From: Asterias rubens
Taxonomy: Eukaryota
DNA length: 64,000 nucleotides
Assembly (NCBI RefSeq): GCF_902459465.1
Contig: NC_047064.1
Span: 19,096,001-19,160,000 of the forward strand
Reading direction: 5' to 3'
Shown here piece after piece: positions 41,879 through 53,569 of this stretch; within the stretch, counting starts at the first letter, position 1, and the number at the start of each line of letters is the position of its first letter. The notes beneath the pieces were generated by a model. It saw only the letters and a program-made list of their open reading frames with translations, had not been told where the DNA came from and did no database searches. The translations under genes were made by a program, and so were the position numbers.

Positions 41879-42439
41879 GCAAAGGTCAGGTGTGTGCCAT
41901 ACTTGTAGTGCGGGGTGTTCGTGTACAATGAGGTTGTCTCGCAACATTGGTCATGTACCAGCGACTATTGTTGGTTTATCCGCTGATTTCTTGGCGCGGG
42001 ACTCCCCCTCTGCACGCAATCTCGAGCTCACTCGTTACTCATTTGATCATCTGAGGTCACACTTCCGAGGCTTGTGATTTACGCCAGAGATTGGCCCGTA
42101 GCCTACTACGTCAAGATCTTGACGGTCACGTGGTATGGATGTACCGTTTATCTCGCTTTCATTTCGCAGTCGTATTCTACGTACACACATCCAATTATAT
42201 CACTGGTTCCGTTAAACCAATACCTGTCCCTATATACAAGGATAAAGACAGGGGACCAGTCTAACTCGTCACTACAACCCCGGCTTAAAATAGACAATGA
42301 CACAATTATTGGGAGTGTGGGGGTGGGGAACTCCCAAAACAATTGCGCAAATGGTTTTCAACACAATAGTCGCAAAGAAAAACATAATTTTTCATTTGGT
42401 TATATGGCTTGTTGATAGACACACCAGTCATTTTACAAA

Positions 42440-43408
42440 ATGGCGTCTCGGTACGAGTTCGCCTTCATGAGAGCTGAACTTGGGTCAGTCGAGGCAGCAG
42501 CTTATTTTGATCGAGTAGTTGGCGAGTATTTTTCCCGGCTGACGACGATACAAGGTGGTGTGAATTTGATACATAATCTCAGGTCATGTTTTGAGTCAAT
42601 CTCGCGGACATACAGGCAGGGGCTCCGCAGCACGGGCAGTCGACCAGACTGGGACGACGTCGGTAACCGATGTACCTACGTGTATCGCTTCTTTGCGATG
42701 CATAGCTACATGGTCTATCAAAGTCTGCAGCTAGCACTATTGAATGAGCCACTTGTTATGATGCCATGGAAACACCAGTTGGCACTCCGTGTGTGTTGCG
42801 TCGGCGGAGGTCCCGGGTCGGACGTCGCTGGCCTGACCAAGTTTCTACGGGACACCGGACTGGTTTCAACAAACCGGTTGGAGTGCACGATATTCGATAT
42901 GTACTACGCATGGGCGACAACTTGGCAAAAGATACAACACTCCAATCCAGGGGAGTTTCCAAGTATAACATACGGCCCTGTAAACCTAACACAGCCAGGG
43001 CATGTTCTCACAGAGTTGAGACGCCTTGCAGTTTCCGAGGCCGATATCATCACCTTTGTCAAGTTTTTCTCCACAGTTGCTGCTTTCATCCGGAGCGATT
43101 CCACTCGCGGAAATCAACTCCGTGAAATTTTCAGAGCACTAAGCCCGGGTGCTCTGGTGCTTTACATTGACAATCGTTACGCTGACCAACATGGAGAGTT
43201 CAGGCGTCTGGCTAGTGCTGGAGGAGTTACCGAACTACTATACGAATGGCATGGCGAGATGAGGTTTCCATGCTCAGGTTCGTCCACCATGATGAGGTCC
43301 ATCCGGCAGCGTACTGGATTCGAACCGCTTGACCGTTGCACAGTGTCCGTCATGCTCCTACAAAAACCACACACACGAGACTCGCGTTGGGCTAAGTTTT
43401 ATATTTAA
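42440..43408 (+). CDS. MT3: intronless class I SAM-dependent methyltransferase-like protein (322 aa), no tail
   Basis: Intact ORF with RVCCVGGGPGSD, TIFD, ADIITFVKFFS, LSPGALVLYID. Inverted near-duplicate of MT1, including ~250 bp of upstream flank. Confidence 0.87.
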   Translation: MASRYEFAFMRAELGSVEAAAYFDRVVGEYFSRLTTIQGGVNLIHNLRSCFESISRTYRQGLRSTGSRPDWDDVGNRCTYVYRFFAMHSYMVYQSLQLALLNEPLVMMPWKHQLALRVCCVGGGPGSDVAGLTKFLRDTGLVSTNRLECTIFDMYYAWATTWQKIQHSNPGEFPSITYGPVNLTQPGHVLTELRRLAVSEADIITFVKFFSTVAAFIRSDSTRGNQLREIFRALSPGALVLYIDNRYADQHGEFRRLASAGGVTELLYEWHGEMRFPCSGSSTMMRSIRQRTGFEPLDRCTVSVMLLQKPHTRDSRWAKFYI

Positions 43409-43515
43409 TATCATGCTGCTAGTCGGCCTTTTGATATGTCCCCTCTCTATCTGCTATGACAATAATGCTTGGCAAGTGCCGAATTTCGACGCTAGCTTTG
43501 TATTAGAGGGAAAGT

Positions 43516-43828
43516 TGCCCTGGATCGGGCGAATTGGTCTATACGAAAAGTAGGATACAAAGATCCACACAAATGTGCCTCGAAATTGCATGGTTTCCTA
43601 ATAATTTCCAAACTAACACGGTCGGCCATTCAAAAACTTGTCTCCACAAAATGGCGTGCCGCGTTAGTACGCCAATTTTTAAGAGAACCATGCAATTTCG
43701 AGGCATATTGTGTGGATCATTATATTTTACTTTTAAAACATCTTTCTAACCATATGCATTTTATAACAAATGGTCCAAACGCTGGTCATAGACCAACTCG
43801 CCTGATACAAGGCAATGTGTCCCTTTAA
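43516..43828. mobile_element. Family B MITE, degenerate, just 3' of MT3
   Basis: ttgccctggatcgggc...gcaatgtgtccctttaa. Confidence 0.7.
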
Positions 43829-44304
43829 GTTGTAAAGATGTTCCTACATTTCAAAACAAAAATATACAAAAAGTCACCCCCCCCCCCCCCCTCCAAAAGA
43901 AAAACCAAAAAAAACCCAACAACACAAAAACAAAAACCAAGAAAACGAGGGGAAAAAAGTAAAAATAAAAGTTGGTTGACAATACTGTCATAACATCCAT
44001 TCCAGTAAATCCAAGTGATTTTTTTTTTGTAGGATGATTCAGGTCATGCAGCGTTCATTAATATTATTTTTATTCGTTGAAAATGGAATGTTTTATTGAA
44101 CTCGGCTTCGCCTCGTTGGCTTCATAAAAATATTCTCACCATTGCACTCATAAACATTCAGTATTTTAAATATTTTCAGTCAAGTCTTTATTTTCAAGGA
44201 AACGAATCTCCACATGTATGCGAGCATTGGAATAACCTTTTTGGGGGGATATAATAAAGAGTAATTGAATAGGGTTAAATTTAATTGAATAACATGTAAA
44301 CATC

Positions 44305-44462
44305 TAGTCTTGGTGCAAGACGTTTCTCGTTTCCCTTTCACGCACACCGCAGCCAATTCACCGACAGCGCCCGCACCGGCGGTGAGTCGGTGCGGGCGCT
44401 GTCGGTGAATTGGCTGCGGTGTGCGTGAAAAGGGAAACGAGAAACGTCTTGCACCAAGACTA
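44305..44462. mobile_element. 158-bp near-perfect hairpin MITE, TAGTCTTGG termini, 9-bp TSD
   Basis: TSD GTAAACATC at 44296-44304 and 44463-44471. Confidence 0.92.
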
Positions 44463-44476
44463 GTAAACATCCTCTG

Positions 44477-44795
44477 TTAAAGGCATGGATACCTTAGTGG
44501 TAATTGTCATAATGCATAAATAACAAATCAGTGAAATTTTTGACTCAATTGGTCGTCGAAGTTGTGTGTGCTTTCAGGTGCGTTGAGTTCGAGACATTAG
44601 CTGAGGTCTCAGATATTATTAAATTCAAATATTTTAGTGAGAAATTACTTCTTTTTCAAAACTATTTACTTCACTTTAGAGGGAGCCGTTACTCACAGTG
44701 TTTTATACTATCAACAGCTCTCCGCTGCTCACATCCAAGTAAGTTGTTATGCTAACAATTATTTTGAGTAATTACCATAGTGTCCAATGCCTTTA
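44477..44795 (+). mobile_element. Family A MITE
   Basis: Diverged copy with recognisable termini. Confidence 0.75.
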
Positions 44796-45702
44796 TGTGT
44801 CATTTTGAAGACAAGTGTGACAAATATCGACTCAAAGCAAACATTTTCCCTCCTCGTTAGTTTTCGAGAAACCGACAATGTTCATTGTCCTGTTAATCCA
44901 CCGTACGGTTTCATAAAATATCCCTCTGCAATAGTATAATATTATCGATGAACTTTGTGTAGCCTACTTCTATAGACAATGATGACTGGGCACATAATTA
45001 TGTTTATGTTGCAGCATTACTATTGCGTTTTTATAAAGAGTATACTTGGCATTCTGTTGAAGGTTTTATGCGTAAAATTGTTGTTTTACTCGTATTTTAC
45101 ATCATTAAATTTAAGGAGTTTATTCCATCCTCCAAAAGATCAAACCTAACTAAAATATTATTATTATATAATATTTGGTTTGTCTACTTGCTCTCCAAAG
45201 AACAAACTCTAGCTGTCAAGTAAACACACACAAGGTTTTACCTCAAACAAAATTAATATATATTGACACCTCACTATGCAATCAAAAATGCCTCAAATCA
45301 TGAGTGAATTATTATTGACCGTTTTCGAAAACTGTTTTGTGGTGGCGTGCTCATTCTGATGAGGAAGCTTAAATAAGCATATTGGTGATTCCGGCTTGGG
45401 AGGGGGTGGCGGGAATCGAATTCAATTTTCTACAATTCAAAGGTAGTTCAGACTGAAATATTCTTTCCAAATCACAACTTTAAAGCCACTGATGTTGTAG
45501 ATAATTTCCAAAAATTGTGATGTTTAATTTTGGTAGTCATTATAATATTTCGAAATTCTCGTATAATTTTATAAGCAGAAAGTACAGTAAAGTAGTATTT
45601 TTATTGGGGTTTGATTTTGAGCTTGTTATGCGCATTTTGCTTATTGTAAAGTCAATGTGTTTATAATTGTATCACGAAATGACTTGTAATAACCTTTGAT
45701 CA

Positions 45703-46074
45703 TTAAAGCCATTGGACCCTTTCGGTACAGACACAAAATAAAAGTTCACAGATTTACAAATAACTTACAGGGTTTACAGAAGGTAGTGGTGAAAGACTTC
45801 CCTTGAAATATTGTTTCATGATATGCTTTACTTTTTGAGATAACATTAAAACAATATAAATTCTCGTTAGCGAGAATTACGGATTTATTTTAAACACATG
45901 TCATGACACGGCGAAACGCGCGGAAACAAGAATGGGTTTTTTCGTTATTTTCTCCCGACTCCGATGACCGATTGAGCCTAAATTTTCACAGGTTTGTTAT
46001 TTGATATATAAGTTGTGATACACGAAGTGTGGGACTTGGCAATACTGTTTACCGAAAGTGTATAATGGCTTTAA
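45703..46074. mobile_element. Family C TTAA-flanked MITE
   Basis: ttaaAGCCATTGGACCCTTTCGGTA...TACCGAAAGTGTATAATGGCTttaa. Confidence 0.8.
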
Positions 46075-46260
46075 ACTTTGGTCTGAATATATAATGTATA
46101 TGTTGTATAATGTTGTATATAATGTACAATCATAATGTGTTAACACTCTATAATAGTGCTGTGTTCATTATGTCTATGATTAAATAAGAAGATTATACTA
46201 AAATTGTATTGAGATGGTTTAGCAATCAATGTTGTTCCTTGTTTATCAATTTCGAAATTA

Positions 46261-46541
46261 AGCCCTTTTCACCCTTTTCTCGGGAAACAATTAGCCCTGC
46301 TCAGGGGTAAAGGATGAAGGGAGTAAAACCCGGGGTAACACGTTTTGGGTTTTTTTCGCGAGAACACCATGCATATTCACGGGAAATAGTACTCCCGGTG
46401 GTTAACAAATTGGGATTGTGAGAACGGTTGCTTGGGTGGCGGTGGGGTTAAGAACTCCCGGAGTTGTTTTTTTTTTTTTTTTTTTTTTTTTTGGGGGGGG
46501 GGGTGCTTTCCGGGAAATGGCTCTGTAGTGTGAAAATGGCT
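46261..46541. mobile_element. Family F MITE
   Basis: AGCCCTTTTCAC...GTGAAAATGGCT termini. Confidence 0.7.
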
Positions 46542-47470
46542 ACTCGTGTTATTTTAATTTCCCGTCCTTACCCGATTGCTTGGGGTTTTCCCCTTGGGGT
46601 TTTCCTCACACATCTAAAACTGAACATTTCTTCTCGGTTCCTATCCATCCTGTTATTTGCACTAATTGTGCTGGGATGCGCAATCAAAATAAATAATTAA
46701 ATAAATAAACTAACAAGTTTAAGAGCATACAGTGTCCATATCCTTCGTGATAAAAATCTTATTATCACCAATTTCTATGAAATGAAATAAATTATTATGC
46801 CTTTTCCTCTCCCACCGAGCTTGTGTAGGCCTACTCTCTTACGACCCCTAAGACCTGGGGCCAATTTCATAGAGCTGCTTAAGCAAATTTGCTTAAGCAC
46901 GAAAATAGCTGGCTTATTTTTCACATGATAATGGCAAAAATTTCATGCCATTATACATTGCTTGTGACTGGTATTTAAAATCACCCTTCAACTGTGACTG
47001 TTCCTCACCGATGAGACGAAGTAAGGGATACCATGGTCAGAGGAGATTCTGATGAGCGTTTGCTATAAATATATAGAAATGTTGAGAAATGTTGCACCAG
47101 GTCAAAGGTCAGATCAGAAACATAGTAACCTATTGAGTACGTAATTTCACCAAAGTGAGGTAAAAGTAAATAAATAATATTGTTAACCACGTGTCGGAAT
47201 TAATATCTACGTGTAATATCTGGTTAGTACACACCTAAAAGTATTCCTTGTCGAAAAAACATGTGAAGAGTTCCGCCGTTATCATATAAAACACATTGAT
47301 GAGCGTTTGTACACAAACATATGGGAAAAGTGATTTTTTGCAATAACAAAAAATGCTCAACCCTGACCAGCTGGGCATGCATCAGATTCTTAAAAGGGAC
47401 CCCCTGGATGACTCATTTCAGCAAAAAATGTTAGTTGTACTCAATGTCACGGTTCATGTCCAGTTCTCCA

Positions 47471-47616
47471 GGGGTGGATTTCACAAAGAGTTAGGACTAG
47501 TCTTATCTTGAGTTAGGACGAGTTAGTCCTAACTTAGGACTAGCTGTATGTTTTTGATATCTCTTAGGACTAGTCCTAAGTTAGGACTAGTCCTTACTCT
47601 TTGTGAAATCGAACTG
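47471..47616. mobile_element. MITE with GGGGTGGATTTCACAAAG TIR and internal TAGGACTAGTCC repeats
   Basis: Second copy at 55417-55543; fragment near 56110-56200. Confidence 0.75.
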
Positions 47617-48039
47617 GACTAGTTTGTGTAGGACGCCCTCAGCTAGATGTCAACAAAAGAAAGCTTATTGGCTGATGCTATGTGTGACTCGCGTATTTAT
47701 AGACACTTGGAGTTTTCCATTGGATCATTGATGTCCATCAATAATTAAGATTATTATTCATCATCATTACCTCTAATTATAGCGGCGCGATGACCTCAAT
47801 GCATTAGGTCCATCAAGCATGAAGGTTTTCATGATTCGTTTTGATCTAATGATGGAAATCTTCAGAGTGATAAGAGTTTTTTTTAAAACTTTGTTCTTAT
47901 TGCTTGAGATGTCAAACAACTCAGTCACTAGAGGGCTTCTTTACGTCAAAACATTGATAACTAGAGGCTATAAGTCCAATACACCGGTAAGTCAATATTT
48001 TGAGCTGATTGCCAACTGAATAAAATTGTTTCATGGCTC

Positions 48040-48360
48040 TTTATAGATGTTAAGTTTGCTCCGGGGATAAAGAATATCCATTTTGGTTTTACCCATGTAC
48101 ACCGATGTGTGTTAGTACTGTTCCGTCCCGAGTTCTGTGTAAAGAAATACCAGGCATTATATTTAGGATTCGAACTGCCTCTAGCTACCGGGCAATCTCG
48201 GTGGTCTTGTTATTTTATGACACTTCTTTAGAGTGGCAAAGGTCGTGGGTGCGAATTCCACCTATGTAATATGCATGTGATTTTTTTCCACAGAACTCGG
48301 GAAAGTACAGTGCTAACACACATCGGTGTATTACGTAAAACAAAAATGAAAATTGTTTTG
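48040..48360. mobile_element. Palindromic element with tRNA B-box-like motifs, directly 3' of MT4
   Basis: Arms tacaccgatgtgtgttagtactg...cagtgctaacacacatcggtgta; internal GGATTCGAAC; partial copy at 62685-62790. Confidence 0.65.
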
Positions 48361-48376
48361 TGGCCATAAACAAAAG

Positions 48377-49918
48377 CTAGTAAGGAGTATAGCGATAATA
48401 AGATGACTTGCGAAGGTTTGATCCGGTGGACTGTTTCGGCAGGTGCCCCGTTTGACCAGGTCGTTTGGAGGATGGCTTGGCCTGAGCAGGGTGAGCTGTT
48501 CTCCCTCCTGAAGACGAAGACTCTGCATCTGAGTCGTACTCTGCATCTGAGTTCTCTGTATCTGAGTTCTCTGCTTCTGAGTTATACTCTGCATCTGAGT
48601 ACTCTGCATCTGAGTTCTCTGCTTCTGAGTTATACTCTGCATCTGAGTACTCTGCATCTGAGTTCTCTGCATCTGAGTTCTCTGCTTCTGAGTTATACTC
48701 TGCATCTAAGTACTCTGCATCTGAGTTCTCTGCATCTGAGTTCTCTGCTTCTGAGTTATACTCTGCATCTGAGTACTCTGCATCTGAGTTCTCTGCTTCT
48801 GAGTTCTCTGCATCTGAGTTCTCTGTATCTGAGTTCTCTGTATCTGAGTTCTCTGTATCTGAGTTCTCTTCTTCTGAGTCAAACTCTTCCTCTGAGTTAA
48901 TAGACTCTGTATCTCTCTGAGTTCTCTGCTTCTTAGTTCTGATACTCTGCGACTGAGTCGTCAGCTTTGACACGGATGGGGCACGAAGTCCAACCCTTGA
49001 TCCCGGTACATGTACTATGATTGGCTTTCTCAAGAGCATGATGGACACTCTGAAGCATTTGCGGATCCTTGACTTTGTCTTTTCGTCGAAACGTTTGAGA
49101 ATTGCTGAACGCTTCGTCCCTGGCAGACGGATTTGCTTACGCCGGTCATACAGCACATCCGTGAATCCTTCAGAACTCGCGATGCTCTTAAACTCCGTAT
49201 GTCTCTTCCCGTGACAATTGTCGACGTAGAACACCAGAGCGCCCGGTTTTAGTTTCCTGAAGATCACACGGAGTAAGTTTCCGCGACTAGAATCTTTCTT
49301 GATGAAAGCGGAGACTGTGGAGAAAAACTTGACGAACGAAACGACGTTGGCTGATGTAACTTTCAATAACTCGTCCGAGCTCAGACCCGTGTCTTTACGG
49401 GTCATGTCACCCGAGAAATATGTCATCGATGGAAACTCAACATTGGCATTGCTTTCTGTTATCATTCGCCAGGTGGCCTCCCATTCCCGATACCGATCAA
49501 ATATCGTGCACTCCAAACGGTTTGTTGGAACCCGTCCGGTGTCCCGTAGAAACTTGGTCAGGCCCAGAGCGTCTGATCCAGGCCCTCCACCGATGCAACA
49601 CACACGGAAAGGCTGACTTAATTGAAATAATCTCGTAATATGCTTGTGTTCACTTAGTGCTAACTGAAGACTTCGATATGCTACGTAACTATGCCCCGCG
49701 AGAAAGTGATATACGTAGGTACATCGATAGCATTCATCACTCCAATCGGGTCTAGCTGTTTCATGAAGTCCTTTCATGTAGATTTTTGTAATCTTCTTCA
49801 TACATGATTTGGAGTGTCTTATCACGTTGGGATTTCGCCTTGAACTTGAATTCAAAAACTTACTCACAATTCTGTCAAAATATTCGGCAGCCGCGGCCCC
49901 ATCATCAGTTGTCTCCAT
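48377..49918 (-). CDS. MT4: intronless methyltransferase-like protein (513 aa) with acidic ENSDA/EYNSEA repeat tail
   Basis: Intact ORF; same MTase motifs in the first ~300 aa; repeat tail; ends ...RKSSYYRYTPY. Confidence 0.87.
   Translation of the reverse strand: METTDDGAAAAEYFDRIVSKFLNSSSRRNPNVIRHSKSCMKKITKIYMKGLHETARPDWSDECYRCTYVYHFLAGHSYVAYRSLQLALSEHKHITRLFQLSQPFRVCCIGGGPGSDALGLTKFLRDTGRVPTNRLECTIFDRYREWEATWRMITESNANVEFPSMTYFSGDMTRKDTGLSSDELLKVTSANVVSFVKFFSTVSAFIKKDSSRGNLLRVIFRKLKPGALVFYVDNCHGKRHTEFKSIASSEGFTDVLYDRRKQIRLPGTKRSAILKRFDEKTKSRIRKCFRVSIMLLRKPIIVHVPGSRVGLRAPSVSKLTTQSQSIRTKKQRTQRDTESINSEEEFDSEEENSDTENSDTENSDTENSDAENSEAENSDAEYSDAEYNSEAENSDAENSDAEYLDAEYNSEAENSDAENSDAEYSDAEYNSEAENSDAEYSDAEYNSEAENSDTENSDAEYDSDAESSSSGGRTAHPAQAKPSSKRPGQTGHLPKQSTGSNLRKSSYYRYTPY
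48522..48900 (-). repeat. Coding minisatellite (15/18-bp units) in the MT4 tail
   Basis: Repeated tctgagttctctgca / tctgagttatactctgca units, encoding ENSDA, EYSDA, EYNSEA. Confidence 0.95.
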
Positions 49919-50154
49919 TGCAATAATACGCCTATTTTATTATACACAACTTATTCAAAATAATTCGTTGGTGTCTGCCATGTAAGCGTTCATAAAAGGT
50001 CTTAATTGTCAAGTGACCACAGCACAATACCAAACTAACACATTCCCTACGAGTGAGTCGAACGAAACAATCATGCAGACTATAATATTTACTTCCTGGT
50101 AGCAAAACAACCGTCATTAGCGGTACTACATCAATGGAGATTAAGGTTCTGATA

Positions 50155-50387
50155 TTAAAGGCACTGTACACGTTTGGTAAGTGTGTTCTCACTTGGAGTA
50201 TCCCATCATAAGCATCATATAACAAACCTGTGAAAATTTTGGCTCAATCGGTCATCGAAGTTGCAAGAAAATGTGGACAGAAAAAACACCCTTGTTGGAC
50301 GAATTTGTGTGCTTTCAGATAGGAATAAAAGACTTCTAGCTAGTTAATGTGTTTTGAGTAATTACCAAACGTGTACCTTCCTATTAA
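50155..50387 (+). mobile_element. Family A-related MITE (short)
   Basis: ttaaaggcactgtacacgtttggtaa...ttaccaaacgtgtaccttcctattaa. Confidence 0.75.
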
Positions 50388-50720
50388 AGGAACATAATGT
50401 TGCCTTGGACCGGGCGAGTTGGTCCACTCTATGAAAAGCGTTTTAGTTTGTTGTGAAATGCAAAAGGAAGATTTGATCCACACAAATGCCTCGAAATAGC
50501 ACGGGTTTCCTTTATGTCGTGAACTAGTAAACACGGCACGCAATTTTGTGGGAAATGGCCCGGCTGTGTTGTTCCCAAAGTACACGCAACACCGTGCAAT
50601 TTCAAGGTATAGTTGTGTGGATCATTTATATTCTACTTTAAAACATCTTTCTATAAAAATCATATGTATTTCATAACAAACGGGTTACAAACGCTTTTCA
50701 AAGACCAACTCGCCCGATCT
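50384..50720. mobile_element. Family B MITE abutting a family A copy at a shared TTAA
   Basis: ttaaaggaacataatgttgccttgg starts at the TTAA that ends the family A copy at 50155-50387. Confidence 0.75.
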
Positions 50721-51112
50721 AAGTTAACGTGTGAGACGAAGTTAACGTGTGAGACGAAGTCTGACAAAATCAATAGAAGGAGACAATTGCATTACTGCGT
50801 GCACAAAATGCACTCGACTTATCAGTTTTATTGATTGTCAGGTTTTGGGAACAAGAAAATAGAATTAGGCCTTACCCCCACCCCCCGCCCCCCCCCCCTT
50901 GCCTACCCTATCGCAACATCCATTATGAAACAGCCGTTATAAAACTCATCATTATAATGTGACACCTTTAAAAAAAATGAACGAAGAAACGGCTTGAACT
51001 TTGAGTCTATTATCACAATCACGTGCGTGACTGCCATGGAGCAAAAAAATCCCCATGGCACGAAATCCAAGCCACGTATTTAATTACCAGCCATCCACAC
51101 AATGGAGGAAGA

Positions 51113-53460
51113 CACTAGAAACCTATCGATAGGGTCGCTTGAATTTTATGTCCAGTAAAATTCATAGGAAATTCTTTCGTCAAACAAATTATAGATATAA
51201 GGTGCACCAGAGTCATGAATATCATTCCATAATTCGATAGCCTCTCGTCAAGGCGCATGCAGCACCCCTACATATGCCGCACGAAAATACCAGCCGTTAG
51301 TAGTGCTGCGCTGTGTTCGTGTGAGATATAATAATGGGGATGCCTCGTCCGCCTTGACTAAAGGCTAACTGTGTTTGCATGTGTGATTGCGTGTCAACGG
51401 GGAATCCCCGATGAGAAATCCGCGGAGCCTTGAAAACTACGGAGCATATAAAGAGACAAACTAAACAAAATGGAAAAGTTAAAAAGAAATTGTCAGCAAT
51501 GTTTTGTCCCCTCAAAATGTTATTTCATTCCCCGAAGTTTCACTAGGAATACTATTTCCTTCCCTAGAAATAATTTCGAGGGAACGAAATAATTGTAATA
51601 TTTGTTAACCTTTTATTTTGTTTTTATGTGGCTCTTTTGGGGTTCCGTAGATAACGTCTCGGGATGTAAAAATTTAATCATTACCGCTTTGGATTGTCAT
51701 TTGCCCTTCCCTGTGTGGCCTTTGCTATTTCATTGTCTAAATAATTAAAACACCAGATTAAATAGAATATCTGAAATAGACTAAAACTACTGACAACTAA
51801 ATTATCTCACAACTAGATTAAAACAAATAAAATTGATAATATAAATAAAGTTAATACAAAATATCTAATTAAATACACTCAATTAATAAAATAAGTTTAA
51901 AACGAGAATATTATAAACTAAACATCTTGAAAATGTAAGCTTAAAAAAGACTTAACATGTTTGTTTTATGTTCAATGCAAACAGTGCGAGGAGTTCTTCA
52001 TGGGGGCACGCGCAGAGTGATCGAGTGGGCTCAGTGTTTGTTAGATAAAAATAGACAATTATTGCGCACTGAATTCAACTTAGGAATGTACTACATAGAA
52101 AGGCACTTTTATTTTTTAAATGTCTTGAAAAAATGACAGAGCATACTGATAGAAACGTCGATTTTTTAAAAACACAGCTCATCGAGGGATATATTAATTT
52201 TAAATGTCTCATTATACTATTATAATGATTACAGCAAATGGCTCGGTCTTATTTATTCTAAATTAAATGGTGATTGATTTTTATGACACTAGAAACCTAT
52301 CGATAGGGTCGCTTGAATTTTATGTCCAGTAAAATTCTTAGGAAATTCTTTCGTCAAACAATTAATTATAGATATAAGGTGCACCAGAGTCATGAATATC
52401 ATTCCATAATTCGATAGCCTCTCGTCAAGGCGCATGCAGCACCCCTACATATGCCGCACGAAAAGACAAGCCGTTAGTAGTGCTGCGCTGTGTTCGTGTG
52501 AGATATAATAATGGGGATGCCTCGTCCGCCTTGACTAAAGGCTAACTGTGTTTGCATGTGTGATTGCGTGTCAACGGGGAATCCCCGATGAGAAATCCGC
52601 GGAGCCTTGAAAACTACGGAGCATATAAAGAGACAAACTAAACAAAATGGAAACGTTAAAAAGAAATTGTCAGCAATGTTTTGTCCCCTCGAAATGTTAT
52701 TTAATTCCCGAAGTTTCACTAGGAATACTATTTCCTTCCCTGGAAATAATTTCGAGGGAACGAAATAATTGTAATATTTGTTAACCTTTTATTTTGTTTT
52801 TATGTGGCTCTTCTGGGGTTCCGTAGATAACGTCTCGGGATGTAAAAATTTAATCATTACCGCTTTGGATTGTCATTTGCCCTTCCCTGTGTGGCCTTTG
52901 CTATTTCATTGTCTAAATAATTAAAACACCAGATTAAATAGAATATCTGAAATAGACTAAAACTACTGACAACTAAATTATCTCACAACTAGATTAAAAC
53001 AAATAAAATTGATAATATAAATAAAGTTAATACAAAATATCTAATTAAATACACTCAATTAATAAAATAAGTTTAAAACGAGAATATAAACTAAACATCT
53101 TGAAAATATAAGCTTTAAAAAGACTTAACATTTTTGTTTTATGTTTCATGCAAACAGTGCGGGGAGTTCTTCATGGGGGCATGCGCAGAGTGATCGAGTG
53201 GGCCCAGTGTTTGTTAGATAAAAATAGACAATTATTGCGCACTGAATTCAACTTAGGAATGTACTACATAGAAAGGCACTTTTATTTTTTAAATGTCTTG
53301 AAAAATGACAGAGCATACTGATGGAAACGTCGATTTGTTAAAAACACAGCTCATCGAGGGATATATTAATTATAAATGTCTCATTATACTTGATGTTTTC
53401 AATTATAATGATTACAGCAAATGGCTCGGTCTTATTCATTCTAAATTAAATGGTGAATGA
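51113..53460. repeat. Direct tandem duplication, 2 x ~1.17 kb, upstream of MT4
   Basis: gacactagaaacctatcgatagggtcg starts at 51113 and 52285; identical predicted ORFs at 51297 and 52474. Confidence 0.92.
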
Positions 53461-53569
53461 TTTGGTATTAATTTTTTATTTTTTTATATCAGGTTTACGC
53501 GGCAATCTTCATGATTTTAAAACTTCAGATCTAAATCTACAAAAGGCAACAATTTTTTTGTTTAATACA

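Noticed and set aside
3980-47070. CTGATGA motifs (e.g. 3988, 13968, 45357, 47051) as hammerhead ribozyme cores
   Set aside because: No stem II followed by GAAA could be built for any of them.
48331-48900. ORFs of 124 aa (TQMQS repeats) and 165 aa (LHLSS repeats)
   Set aside because: Alternative frames of the MT4 repeat tail.
48377-48900. Functional link between S-x-E-rich MT4 tail and the neighbouring secretory kinase-like gene
   Set aside because: MT proteins lack signal peptides and carry NLS-like ends, while DIPK2 proteins are luminal; adjacency alone is not evidence.
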